Source of the DNA: Tubulanus polymorphus | Taxonomy: Eukaryota > Animalia > Nemertea | Direction of reading: 5' to 3' | Assembly (NCBI RefSeq): GCF_964204645.1 | Contig: NC_134028.1 | Span: 744,001-808,000 of the forward strand | Length of the DNA: 64,000 nucleotides | In this document: in pieces, positions 12,009 through 25,157 of the stretch | Position numbering within the stretch: position 1 is the first letter of the stretch | How the letters are laid out: every line of letters starts with the position of its first letter | Made by a program: the position numbers and the translations under genes | The notes under the pieces: model-generated | Seen by the model: the letters and a program-made list of their open reading frames with translations, nothing else | Told to the model about the DNA's origin: nothing | The model's database searches: none

Positions 12009-15000
12009 CTATGGCTGGGCGACAGGGGGCGGTGCTCTAGGACCCCCTTTTGACGCGTCACTGACGATGCTACGAAGAGATTTCTTTTTGGAAGTTTGTT
12101 TATCACCGAGTGAGTTCAGCCTCGCTACCATAAACTGTTTATCCTTGCCTTCCTACAATATCACAACAATACATCATGTATTACCGTAATTATCACAATG
12201 GAACAATGAGGAGTTTAAGAATGGTGACCTAGGTACAAAAGTAGTGAGGCCAGGAGGACTGTAAGTGGAGTGAGGCCAGGAGGACTGTAAGTGGAGTGAG
12301 GCCAGGAGGACTGTAAGTGGAGTGAGGCTAAAACTTACTAAAATCAGTTGCTCTTTGAGAATATCATTTCGGGCGCGGAAAGCTCTTCCTAATGTAGCAT
12401 AGTAATAAATCATCAATCTAGAAATAATACAAATCATAATTCATTTCATTCTGGTGTCTAAGAAACCTCAATCAATCGCGGTTCATCCTCCTAAATCAGC
12501 TACATCTACTCACATTAACAACAGAATTAACGGTACAATGAATCCAGCAGATCCGAGGAAGTTTAGGATATCGTCGACGACTGCGGGCCAACTACTGATT
12601 AATGTCGTCACAGATTCATACATCGTGTTATAAACACGGAATGGTCCGCATCCTTTCGACGGCCCAATCCTACATGAGAAAGAGATAGAATTCTATAAAA
12701 TACTGCTGTTCGTTCTAGCATGCTCATAAATCTCTGTTTAAATACCTCGCTATCACGAAACCAATCGGCAATGCGCACAGGAAGTACGCCAGAAGTAGTA
12801 CGATCAAGAAGAATGTATTACTACGCGATGCTACAAATGGTTGCTCGGAAGGTTTCATATTCACTAACGCTGAACCCTGAAATATGATATATAAGATGTT
12901 CACATTGATTTCTCATACAACCCGGCCGGCTCGGTCGTTTCCACCGACAATCAGTTTACCTTTTTGAGGTAAAACACGATGAAGTATTTCACAACAGTCA
13001 TTCCCGGTATCAGCGGACAAAAGAAAAAACCAATCCTGAAATATATATGATTTACATGTATATTTATATAACGATGGACCAGGAATAACCTACCTATCTA
13101 GGCCAGGTTCGAGCGGGATCTAAGGGTCTCATTACTTACCAGCAGAGTGTCTGACCATAAATAAGATCTAATACGTTTTTCGGAATGTCAAATTCTTGGT
13201 ATCCAGCAATTTGTACGATCTTACACTGGCATTTGTCAACTATCAGTCTGTAAAAGAAATTTTGATAACTCGTTAAATGGTTTAAAGATGCGTGGACTTT
13301 ATTTATCTTACTAGGATGGCGGCGGTGGACTATGACAATACTTTAGGGAACTTGACTCGGCCCTTGTACACTTACTTCCTCGGAAATTCTACGATTAATG
13401 TAACGCAGAATACAGTCAGAAAATCCATGATGACCAATTTATAGAAATTCTGTCCAACGTACGTTTCCCAGCACTGGAAATTCATAAGATAATCGAAATT
13501 CAATTTTGATATACGACGAAAGAATTAAAGAACCTTCATTCGAGCAGAAAAAAAGATTTCTGATGACTGGATGCATACCCTTAATGGAGTACATTCATTA
13601 ATGCCAACACTACATGTAGCATCTTTAGTTGAACAGGTCACTTGGACGTAAAGAGTAGCTATTAGAAATCCCAAAGAGGCCAAACGCAACAAAACAGCCC
13701 TGAAAATAATATGAGCAAAACAATAGAAACAATGCGTGGTACTAGGGGAGAACTACAATACAGTGATCCAGAGAGATTCAATAACTTATTATATGCGGGA
13801 TACGATTCGTTTAATATTTACAAACAGGTCCAGCGAAACACTGCATTTCATAATTATCATTAACCTATGTACATGTGTACTGGCCGGGGACTAATGCATT
13901 GATTTCAGTAAATTGTGTAGAATCTGCGACCAGCACCATCACACAGATGTGTCACAGAATGACAGGTGCTGCTGTGGACAGATTCAACAATATGTCACAT
14001 AATAACAGATGCTACTGTGGACAGATTCAACAATTATAGCATCTTTCAGTGTGCGGTATTGGCGCTCTAGTGTCAGATGTTGACGACCGTTAAGTGCTGC
14101 CCCTATACATATCAATAGCGGTGAACAAGAGAACTAACTCGACTGAACGATATTCTTACTGCGGCAAGCGCGTACTTGATCAGTTCCCAAATTCGCCGAT
14201 AAGTATATAGGGGCAGCACATGACGGTTGAGAATTCAAACACTTCATTTTATCGCTCGATATGAAACAAACTTTAGCGTAGGACAAAGAAAGACACGCAA
14301 CAAATTACACAGAACAAATGCTAATACAGAATACGGACTTGGTCTGGTTAATTACTTACCGAACTATTGTCATCTGTACTGCGAACATAGGACGGTATTC
14401 CTCAGGTTTAACCATTATTTTGAATAAAGTCGGAAGCACAGCGTTTAATGCAGTGATTGTCAGCGACGGTAAAAACTCGATGAGCAATTTCAGAAAGTCG
14501 TGATAACCGCTGTAAGCTGCACTTTTAGTCAACTGAAAAAAACAACAGGACATTAACAGGACATTATTCCTAGGTCCATGAAAATAAAGTTCGAGATGGT
14601 TCCTTGAGCGACGTTTCGACTAATAGAATATAAGATGACTATGAGATAACTATTAGAATATAGCCGAAACGTTGAATACAGACTGCTAGCTCAAGGAAAC
14701 ATTTTCGGGCTCCTTATTTTTTCTGTGGATTTGTCTACATTACGAAGACATTAACAACGTCTAACACGTGAATCACGTTTAGCAATTTGGGATCGGGTGT
14801 CTCAGGGTTCCAGATTCTGAAATGGCTGACAGTGTTTCGTACCTCTAATGTTAGAGTAGTGACGACGTATATACAGTAACCTCCAGCAGCAAGTAAAGCT
14901 ATTACTATCAGATTGATGACAAGTCGTATTGAATACAGGTTACATTTCTGCTGAGTGGTGCGAGCTATTCTCTTCAACTCCCTCCTTTCCTCGTCCAATT

Positions 15001-18000
15001 CAGCCTGAAATCATACAAATTAATTGATCAAATTTATATCGAGTGAAAAGAACTTTATGGCCGATAGTTCTATAGCCTGGTATTAACTGTTAACCCGTGG
15101 GCTAACTCGAATCATTGTCAATTGAGTTAACCCACGGGTTTAAGTTGATACCTGTCTAAAGAACCAGTTATACTGGGCCCAGTTACTGTGACAAGAATCC
15201 TGAGATCAGAAGACTGGTCACTTAGATTTCATCAGATCGGTTATTTTAACTAAATAAGGCTTTAACTGATCTCAAATCTAAGTCTGGTGACGGACTGTAT
15301 CAACTTACAGAGAACTGTTGGTAAAGACTTTTAGCTTTGATAAGCGCGCTATCCTCTAAAGTCAGAGTATAATCCCAGCTGGAGAATATCATAGAACTGT
15401 ATTTCATGTTAACCTGATCGGCGCTATCAACTATATTCCGTTTCAATGTATTTGTCATGCTAGAAAATAAAGACAGAATACATCACTGAATCTTGGCTCG
15501 TGTTGTTTAACAAGGTTCCATATACCAGTGGTACCAAGGTACGAGTAGAATATGTGTGTAGCGGTGACTCTTGGGAAAACCAAAAGTCACTGTTTGCGAA
15601 ATGCTTCCTCAGTTTTTACAGGTTTTCCGAAGGCCGTCTCGGTCAGAATACGACTTACCTACAAACCATCAGAATCAGACTAAACAATAATGCAACACCG
15701 GCGACACAAAGATAGGCTAGTGGCATGTTGTATGAGAACGTCGACGATAAACTAAACTGTTGATTGTCGTAATATCCATAAAATAAAATGGTTCGTTCCA
15801 TCCAACCCTATATCAAATACAAATCAAAATAAAATTAGTATTTAGACTTTCCAGAAATTTCTTTTGTTCACGGATTTAAAATTCAATCAATTCGTGTTAC
15901 GTCCCTCACAGCTATGGTAGGGTAGGGTACACCCTCACAGCTATGGTAAGATAGGGTGCATCCCTCACAGCTTATTAGGATGAGGGGAGTGAAGGGAGTC
16001 ACACGAAGGGCCACATGGGTTCTTGATGAACCAGAATTCTTACAGCTCTATGTAACTGGGTCTGCTGCAAAAAATCTACTCACCGTTCCTTGTAAGAAAT
16101 CTTGAATGAGTTTATCAGCTTGTTGAGTTGTCGTATTGGTGACGTATTCATCATAGAGCGCCGAACATTGTATGGAAGTGTTCATAGCAATATCCCCGCT
16201 GACTAGAGAACTAGTCGACTGAGTGGGGAATGTAATCTGTGGAATCACAGCGAATAGAAATACAACCAGAAAGATGAATAGATTCAGGAAGAACAGCCAT
16301 CTCAAAAATACAAAATACGACAATACACCCGAACCAAAATGACCTGAAAATAAAAGAGTTTTTATGAAGTCATCTAAACCGCCCTACTTGTGAAAACATC
16401 TTAAGTGCAAGAACTTCATAAAGCCTACCTTCAATTGATTTGAATGATCCACCCCAAACTGATATCGATGGCGCATTTCTGACTTTCTTCGTCGCTGTAA
16501 GGAAACGCTGTGAACGAACAGAAGAAATTCTACGTTTAAGCCCGTATTCGACCGAAGCGCTTGACGGTCTGAACCGAGACCGAAGCTCAATTCCATCTTG
16601 CACTGTCGGCATTCCACAATTTCCACTACCGTTTTGCTGACGTTTTGAAAATCTGTTCTTTCGATCAAGGAATGAAATCCATGAACGGAAGACCATTGTT
16701 GCAACATTTATTCAAATTAGTTTTAAAGATGACATTAGCCGAGATGAGTTATAGGAAAGTTATCAACAACACTATAAGGGTAAGCCTAAGCGTACCTTTT
16801 TACCGCGTCCAACCAAAGATGAATCTTCTGCACTGATTTTTTCCAGTAATTTATATCTGAAAGAAAATACACAATCGTCACTTAGGCCTATACTAATCAT
16901 TAAAACGTGGACATTATGTTTTTGAAAGAAGGATTAAAAGTTTTGACATCAATAATAATGGTAACGCGCTCGGTTACCTAGCCGATGCCCAATTTGTTCT
17001 TTGTACATTGACACGTTTTTGTAGTTTCTTATATTTATGTTTCCCTTTCCACAATAAGAATGTTTTCTCTGATAATTTATCATCCCTCGCTTTCTTTTTG
17101 CCTTTCAGTCGCTCTTCGGGCGTCGCTCCATAAACCGGTATTTTCACTGCCTCCATTTAGAAATATATGTTCCAACGTAGTTCTTGGTAGAATCCTGGTA
17201 TCTATGGGAAACTGTTATTCCAATGATTCAAAACTTTTACGTAATATATTCCAAAATATATATAATCCTGGATGTAGTGGTGAAGTTGAACTGGACATTC
17301 GGAGCTGTGGTCGTTTACTGTCAACTGAACTAGTATATACATAATATTCCATATAATGACGACTGCTTCAGGCCACCTGCTTCCAAAGGGTTTTTACGGT
17401 AAATTAATTCGACAGGCCTGTATAGCCATGATTTACACAAAGAATGTACTGTCCCGTAACTAAATCGACGTTCATAGAGCTGAAATTGCTGAGAAAGAAC
17501 CTACTACTAGTTTTAATCGTTTTTATCTGAATTTCTCATCGTTTGTCGTAGTTTGACTTTCAATTTCACTGACCCCTATAGCTCTGCATGATCCAGTCAG
17601 AACTGCGAGGCGTCTAGTCAGAACTGCGAGGTGTCTAGTCAAAACTGCGAGGGGTCTAGTCAAAACTGCGAGGTGTCTAGTCGAAACTGCGAGGTGTCTC
17701 AGTCGGACTGTTAGGGGTCTTGTCAGTTATTGCGTGGTGAATGATGAACATCTGTATGGATGAAGTTGCGATGATTGTACCAGGCCTAATTCAGTGAATT
17801 TATAATTGTCAACTGATCCAGTACACGCCACAGCTGCAGCCCTGATGACAATAAGTCGATGTATGAGACAGTATTACTCAATAAATCAGTATCTTGCATC
17901 CTCTCGATTAAAGCAATGAGATTAAAATCGTTTTTATCAACGATTTGAAGTAGACTCTGATGGTGGATCATGCATTACTGAGGTCATGGTTTTAGAGTAG

Positions 18001-19638
18001 CTTATGCAGTAGCACGCGTGTAGTATGGGTAGATGGCGCCCACCCGTCGTAATTAGTGATCTAGTCACCGGATAGAAAATATCAAATATATATAAAGCTA
18101 AACTGAATAGATTTCTGGCAATGACAATCAGTATATCTGTAAAACTGAAGCAGATGGATCGTCTCAAATATCAACCCGCTTTTATAACGATTTTTAAAAT
18201 ACGGTCTTTATATATTGTAAGCCTATAATTACTGGTGGCCCCTGATGAAATGAGATTCGATATTTTTTCTCCGCGACGTCTTATTTCATCTCAAATATGT
18301 TGAGATGTTATTAGGGTGAGGGGCGGCGGTGCTTTTAGAATACGCCGCAATACGTATATACATATTGAATGTGTAGAATGTAGTATGATTGAATCAGCTT
18401 CACTCAAACTAAAGCCACTGATATTTTTCATCGCATACATGTATATCGTGTGTATGTTAAACGTGAAATGGAAAGAAAATAAAAATGATGATTCAATAAA
18501 TTGTTAGCGAGAGTAAAAAGAAGTCAATTGTATTAAGTTAAAACAGCTGCCAGACCATAAAACCAGTCACGAGTTTGAATAATAATCTATAAATCGACAA
18601 TAATTCGTTATGTCTCAAGTGGTCGGTGAGGTATAGCCGCAAGTATATCAGTAAATCACTAAAAAGCTTCGTGGTTTCTAGAATTCGTGGTTTAACGACT
18701 GTAAACCGAGAATCATTTATTGTTCATTTTTTACCAGATGTTTTTGTCGAATCGGTATCAATAATATTTACGAGAGGGCGCAGTGCAAATTAGATATCAA
18801 ATTAAGTAGACAATTTAATGGTTTATAGATTAAAGTAGTAATATATGGTTTAAAATCCCATAAAACCGTCTACTCTATTGGCTAAAGAAATAGCTAAAAA
18901 ATTGACCAGAAACCTGAAACTGTGGAACTGAGTCCTGCATCTCATTTCTGATGCAGTTTGAAACGAGTGTTGGGTCTCGATCGAGTAACACAGCTAGCAG
19001 TGATAATACAGTGGGAGGTGGGACCTGAGTTTAGTCGGGAAGGTCACGTGCCTCCCTCGTTTGGCTGCAAACTACTGGGAAGTTAATCGAACTCGTCATT
19101 AGCAAGCAACAATGCGCCATCTATCGGAATACGTCTACTTCAACGGAATCAATCATGAATCAATCGTTTACGATGAAACATTCGGAGAAAATGATTTTTA
19201 ACAAGAGCTTTAGCCAATAATGTCAGGTTAACCGTTCTGTATATTGTACTGTGTATTGTGTCCGCCCTGATATTACCTGCTTAGTTCAAAAATCCTTTTC
19301 ATCCTTCCGGTTCTCCGTTCTGATGCCAGTTCGTGATGAATTGAAAATAGAAGCATTTTACTATCGGCGGTAGGCCGTCGAAGCCTGGGTCGGATCCGCC
19401 GATCCTCGGGTCTCGGGAACGTTCCGTAGCCTTCATCCTGTGGAATTTCAGCGCCGTCTATTTGAATTTTATCCAGCGGAACATCGGTTATAGTTTGTAC
19501 GGTACAATCACGCGCCGAGTTTGGGCAACTTTGAGGACGAATTATCGATTGTCGTTGTCTATGAGGTGATAGCTGGTATAGGCTTATATCGTCCAGTGAG
19601 TCTAACACCAAACCCGGCAGAGACGGTGCATCCTCCAT
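12009..19638 (-). CDS. Transmembrane channel-like (TMC family, TMC4-8/TMC7-like), multi-exon; 5' end uncertain and may extend to the exon at 21153-21358
   Basis: Spliced exons give [34 protein letters not shown]-domain [18 protein letters not shown] and [10 protein letters not shown]. Last exon [12 protein letters not shown]...VAQP with stop at 12009. Confidence 0.9.
14086..14227. mobile_element. MITE with terminal inverted repeats gtgctgcccctata / tataggggcagcac
   Basis: TIRs at ~14086-14106 and ~14206-14227; a matching left end occurs at ~46007-46050. Confidence 0.7.
14575..14733. mobile_element. Decayed Penelope-family 3' tail / hammerhead remnants in inverted orientation (TMC intron)
   Basis: actattagaatatagccgaaacgttgaata...ctcaagg...ttttcgg resembles 24657-24720; an inverted partial copy lies immediately to its left. 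Confidence 0.7.
15062..15168. mobile_element. Palindromic MITE-like hairpin
   Basis: ggtattaactgttaacccgtgggctaactc pairs with gagttaacccacgggtttaagttgatacc. Confidence 0.6.
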
Positions 19639-21152
19639 AATCAATCTATAAATCACTGTCCTAGATGTGTCTGTGTAGGTTTATGTATGTACGGTACTGA
19701 ATTCGGACCGCTGTAAGACCATGTGTTTATATTTACATGAAACGTACGCACAATCGATGTTGTCCTATCAATTGATTTCAATCAGATCCACGGTCAATCG
19801 ATGCTTTCATAAAGAAGAGTCTAATTAGAATCGAGCTCCTACTGACCACCATCAGGTCAGTCCTGTTTGTATAGCTTGTATATCGCTACTGTAATTACGT
19901 CCTAGACGGAGACACTAAGTGTAAGAAACAATAGGCCTAGTATCGTGTGACAGGCAGTGATGCGATAAACATTACTCTACTAAAACAAGACTGATATATC
20001 TGAACACAGACTGCACGTGTATTAAATCTAAAACAAACACATCCTCTCTCCCCCGGAGACTCCGTTCTATTTACTTTGCTAAATTGATGTATATTTTAAT
20101 CTCAATGTTTCATTCATTTTATCCTTTTATCCTATTAAGTTTTAGATAAAACTCGCGATGAGATTTTGTTGTGAACACGACAGAAAACAGTGTTTACCCT
20201 GAACTTAATATTCTGTAAAATTGTCGTCATCTTGATTAAAGATTGGATCTATTTCTGATACCCGTGGTCAGTGGTGGAGTTACCGGTTAATGGCTTATAC
20301 TTCCGGGCAATGACTGGCGTGCTGCCGGTCAATACTGCCGACCACATATACTGTTTATTACACCTCAGTCCCATAAAGCTTAAAAGTACATTATTTGAAT
20401 AATGTTTCGGAGAGATATATTTGTTGTTTGTCTTAGAAACGTAATGAATTCCTAGTACGTACATATAAGTAGTGTATTAAACTAGACTCTCTGCGTTGGA
20501 AGTAGTTCATAAATGACTTCGTTGAAACGTCACTACTCCTCTTATCTGTTATAAATGGCTCATAGAATTGAATCTAAACATCACTACAGTTTTTATTTTT
20601 TGAAAATGACTCGTAGAATTGAGCCGGAAATGTCACTATCCTAGTTGTTTAAATGTGCATTTTTCTTCAATTGATTTAATAGACTGTCGCTCGTCTTTAG
20701 AAACCAATCTGGATTGCGGGGTTTGCAATCAGTGACCATAGTAATTACCATAAATAACATACATTATTCAAACACATACATTACCCGCAAACAATGAACT
20801 GTGCAGTGTGTAGGTAAAGAGACAATGACTGACTGTCTGACTGCGGTTTCATTGATACATCCATCGTACGATAAAAATCTGTCTAGAATTAATTTGTATT
20901 TGTTTGCGATGACGCACACGAATTGTTTGTAAAAACTGTTTTATCCGTTGTATTTTTCAATAGATATTTATTTATTTGTCAATCGATATATGAAAATATG
21001 AAATGACTGATGGGAAGTCGAATAGCGGGTGCAAACAGCCAGTAATGATTGGTCAATATTGAATGGTAGATTTCTAAATGGATTTTGGATTGTGTAAAAT
21101 GTCTGTAAACAAATCGACAATAGTCGCGAAAACTCAAATAAATACCAATTAC

Positions 21153-21358
21153 CTTAGCAAGCGTTTGGCTTCTATTGGAATCGCTGCATCTCTGATTTTA
21201 GTTAAAGTCGCGATTAGTTTTTCTTTATTCCAAGTTTGCGTTAGGTTCATATCACGTGCTATCGTTTCCACGATGTAGATTCCATTTTTACTGAGATGCA
21301 GATCATCCAAATCGGATATATCGATCAACATGATCGTATCGTTAGATTCGGGACGCAC
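21153..21358 (-). CDS. Coding exon, probable upstream exon of the TMC gene
   Basis: Strong poly-T acceptor (tttttttttttag|gtg), open frame ending LIATLTKIRDAAIPIEAKRLLR, phase-2 donor AG|gtaatt compatible with TMC exon 16796-16856. Confidence 0.6.
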
Positions 21359-21928
21359 CTAAAAAAAAAAAAGAATTCCAGATGAGAAAATATACACGTG
21401 AAGCTTATATGGAAAAAAACCCGACACAAAAACCATATTTCAAAATTTCCAAAAATTCAAGCACCTTCATAAACAACAATTGAAAAATCCATTCAATATT
21501 TCAATGATAAGATGTATCTCTGAGTTTGAAGATACAGTTTGTTAAATGAACTTAGAAGAGCCACAACCGGTTTCAACCAGAATACATGTTTATCAACCTA
21601 TCATGAATATCAATATGACTGCATGTGTTTCCGTTTCGGTTCCACAGCTACGGAGATATAGTGTGTGGTTTGTCTTTAGTTTGATTCGTAGCAACCGCAA
21701 TTAACGGTTACCTTTTAGTTATATACATTGATTACACGACGACAAGTTCAGTAAATATCCGATGATGCAACAACGGACTATGAATACTAACAGCAAGGGC
21801 AGCAGTGTCTATGAAATTAGTTGTAAATTGATACGAGGTATCAAAATTACGTACCGGACCTATTCCTCTGGAAATCGCTCTCCACTATTGTTCAAGGCTC
21901 TGGAAAATATCATCAGCACAGAAAGTCC

Positions 21929-23132
21929 GTGGATCTTACCAACCAACTGAATAAACTCATTGATTCCAGCCCTTGGACTAGATTTAGCAACACCGAAAAC
22001 ATAGTAAATTTGTCTTCAACCACGTTATCTTCTACTCAGTGTCAACTTCTCGGCTACGGTTTGAATTTTTCTCTTCCTCATCAAGATAAACATGTTTTAG
22101 ACTTTGTCACCCAATTGGAATATCGCAAATCATCTCCGAACAGTTTGGACTATAACTTTATATTCATGAATCTACAGGCTATATGCGATCAACTCAACAG
22201 GAACCTTTTTGAATATCTACCTCGTCGATTTCGGCTCGCCCTCCAAGAACTACGGAAGTTAAAGACTATTAAAATATCTAAGGCTGATAAAGGTGGCAAG
22301 ATTGTGATTTTAGATCTGGATAATTATAATGTTAAAATGCAATCTCTCTTGGATAATCCTGGTGTTTATAAGAAACTTAAATCGAATCCTCTTCCTCGTA
22401 TGCAAGCTAATTTCAACAGAAGTCTTTCGGATATTATTAAACGTTTCCCCTCCGCTAAAGAAACTCTGAATAAGTTCCATTCACGTCTTCCCTCTTTACC
22501 ATATATCTATGGTTTGCCTAAAATTCATAAAGATAATGTTCCACTGCGCCCTATAGTCTCCAATTGTAATTCTCCTACATACCGGTTATCTAAATTTCTC
22601 GCGAAACAGTTATCTCCGGTGCTCGGTTCGTTCTCTCCGTCGCACCTTCGCCATAATCAACACTTACTTGAACGTATTAAGAATATTATCCCTGGCAACG
22701 ACAAATTTATATCATTTGATGTTACTTCCCTTTTTACCAATGTTCCTCTTGGACCTACTCTTGATTTCTTAAAACGCAGATTACCATCACTTAACATTAA
22801 CTTCGGCATTCCTACGGATTGTATCATCGACCTTATCTCTATTTGTACGACGGACTCCTTTTTTGAATTCAACAATTGTTTTTACGAGCAGACATTCGGT
22901 ATCGCTATGGGAAATCCTCTAAGTCCTATTCTAGCTAATTTATTCCTAGAACATGTTGAATCTGAAATATTGCCTCTTTACATTGATATTCACCCTAAAA
23001 TCTGGCTCAGATATGTTGACGATGTTCTGGCTTTGGTTCCCTTTGACTTCAATGTAGATAACTTTCTTATATATTTAAACTCCCTTTACCCGTCTCTGGC
23101 TTTTACGTATGAATGGGAATCTAATAGTAAAA
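21929..23132 (+). pseudogene. PLE reverse transcriptase, N-terminal part, cut by an insertion after FTYEWESNSKI
   Basis: Open frame (no ATG start; it runs upstream to a stop at ~21825) with RT motifs. The expected PFLD motif is missing at the break. Confidence 0.9.
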
Positions 23133-23568
23133 TATATACTGAACTCTTTAGCGAAAGGTAAAAAGTTCACGTATATATTTGTAAATCTCAATGAAAACAA
23201 CCCGCGAGCAGAATGTACGTACATTATAGCATGAAAGATGAGAGATAGCATTAATACGAGTATCTAATTAAATCGTATTAATGATTAACTAGTTTTTATT
23301 GCCTCTGTTATGTGAAGGCATGAAAGCCGACTGTATTAATTCATATCGTCCTATAGCCGTGTACTGACCAACGAGTACTAGGCATAATTAGAATTAGTTT
23401 TAAATTGCTGACAGTCGCCGAGGCATGCAGAGTCGAGTTCAACTCGTCAACAACAAACAAACATTCACGCGGGCCTCGCAACTATCATTTATCAGGGGAA
23501 AAAACCGTCGCCACTTTCAGACGAGTGAAATATATGTATTCAATGAGTCACTCCTCGAGTTAATAGTT
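23133..23568. repeat. 436-bp inverted duplicate of 25158..25593 inserted in the PLE ORF
   Basis: 23133 pairs with 25593 and 23568 with 25158 (equal coordinate sums). Reverse-complement identity was seen wherever checked. Confidence 0.95.
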
Positions 23569-23572
23569 CTTT

Positions 23573-24337
23573 TTGAAATTCGCGGTTTATAGGAAACCTA
23601 CCAACGCTGAATCCTACCTCCATTACTTCTCTTTTACTTCTCCGGATATTAAACTCGGTTTAGCTCAAGGATTATTTCTTCGCGCTTTGAGAATTTGCGA
23701 CCCCTCATTTCTACCCGATGAAATTCACCATATTAACCAATCTCTCAAAAAACTTGCCTACCCCGATTTCCTATTGAAAAAAGCTCTACTTAAAGCTCGT
23801 ACTACGCATTTTAGAAATAACAACCTTAGAACTCCTACGTTGGCTACCGATAAACAGCCTATCATTGTACCGTATGTACCTTTCCTCGAGAATTCTAAAG
23901 TTTCTCTTCGGTCACTAAATAAACAACTCATCTTTAAATACAATAATAAACTTAGTAACATATTGATTAACAACAAACCGAAAACCGAATCCCTAAACTG
24001 TGGAATTTATAAAATACCTTGTAAAGTTTGCGACAAAGTATATATAGGAGAAACAGGTCGGAATCTTAATCAACGCATAAAAGAGCATAAATTAGATGTA
24101 AAAAACTTTAAACCTGAAAGCGGAGTTGCTAGTCATGTTTTTCAGACTTCACACAATTTTGATTTTGCTAATGCTGAATTAGTTTACCCTTGCAGCGATA
24201 AAACTAGAAGACATATTTTGGAATCTGCATTAATTATTGAAAATTCGAACAACGTTGTAAACCTTAACAATGGTTTTTCACCCCATAATAAACTTATATC
24301 AAAATTCCTCTGTAAACTGGTTAAACTCAACACTTGA
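23573..24337 (+). pseudogene. PLE RT thumb + GIY-YIG endonuclease, C-terminal part
   Basis: LKFAVYRKPT...LRALRIC...GIY..YIGETGR..RIKEHK..ILESALI; uninterrupted frame to a natural stop. Confidence 0.9.
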
Positions 24338-24641
24338 TTTCCCCTTTGATTATTTGTTATTTGTTCTCTCATCAATTTCGTCTCTGACTTAACTTGTATT
24401 CACCTTTGTTTTAAGTGCCCCCTAGTTTGTCTTTCTTTTTACTACTGACTTTAAGTTTCATTTATATTTATACTCACTATTGTTGTTTATAATCACCCCT
24501 TAGTTTGCTTCCCTTTAATCTATTTTAGCGTGTAACTGTTTCTACGTTAATTTTCCTTTAGTTTGTATCATCTCTGATTACTTGAATTAGTCTCTTTGTC
24601 CCTGGATTGTATATATATCTCATAATTTCTGTAGTATCTCA

Positions 24642-24687
24642 TTATTCCTGAAGATGACTATTAGGATATAGTCGAAACGTTGAATAA
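24642..24687 (+). ncRNA. Minimal type I hammerhead ribozyme in the PLE tail
   Basis: Stem I TTATTC(24642-47)/GAATAA(24682-87); core CTGAAGA(24648-54); stem II GACTAT-taggat-ATAGTC; GAAA(24674-77); palindromic AACGTT in place of stem III; predicted cleavage after GTT at 24681. Confidence 0.88.
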
Positions 24688-25157
24688 ACTACTATCTCGA
24701 AGTTTCATTTTCGGACTTTTTATTATCATTGTGGGATTCTCTCCTCATCGCGTCAACACGGATATTGTGTTTTACCTATCGTGATCTATTTAGGGTCATT
24801 CGAACGTTAAAAGCCTTCGGTTAATTTGAATTGGTTCGTTGTTAATAGATAATAAATCATTGAAATATCTAAACACTACTGTCGGTATGGTCGGTATGGT
24901 TATAAGCTTTTCGAAACATATCGAATTTAATATAATAAATAAAGTAACTTTGCTTCCTACATTTTGAATTCCTGAAATTATTGAATGAACTATTCAGTAT
25001 GAACATAACGCATTTGTGAATTCAACTTACTTTAGACATTTTGTGGCTTTATTCCCTGTTACAGGTGTGAACCAATAGTCGACGGTCGATCCGTTTTTAA
25101 TCGTACAATCCTAGAATAATAGGTTTCATCCGGTGACGTTTTAAAACAGCAAAAACA

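Larger units (their letters stand above)
21830..24760 (+). mobile_element. Penelope-like retroelement (Penelope/Poseidon type: RT + C-terminal GIY-YIG endonuclease), 5'-truncated and interrupted
   Basis: RT motifs YGLPKIHK..PLRPIVS, FDVTSLFTNVP, GIAMGNPLSPILANLF, WLRYVDD; thumb YRKPT..YLHYFS; GIYKIPCKVCDKVYIGETGR with CCHH residues; T-rich 3' tail containing a hammerhead ribozyme. Confidence 0.95.

Noticed and set aside
17786-18167. ORFs within the TMC 5' region as extra exons
   Set aside because: No convincing phase-compatible donor/acceptor pair found.
23158-23566. The 436-bp insert as a spliceable intron restoring the PLE ORF (AAG|gtaaaa ... aatag|)
   Set aside because: Joining these sites gives AGT TCT TTT TGA, which is out of frame with the downstream ORF, and the PFLD motif would still be missing.
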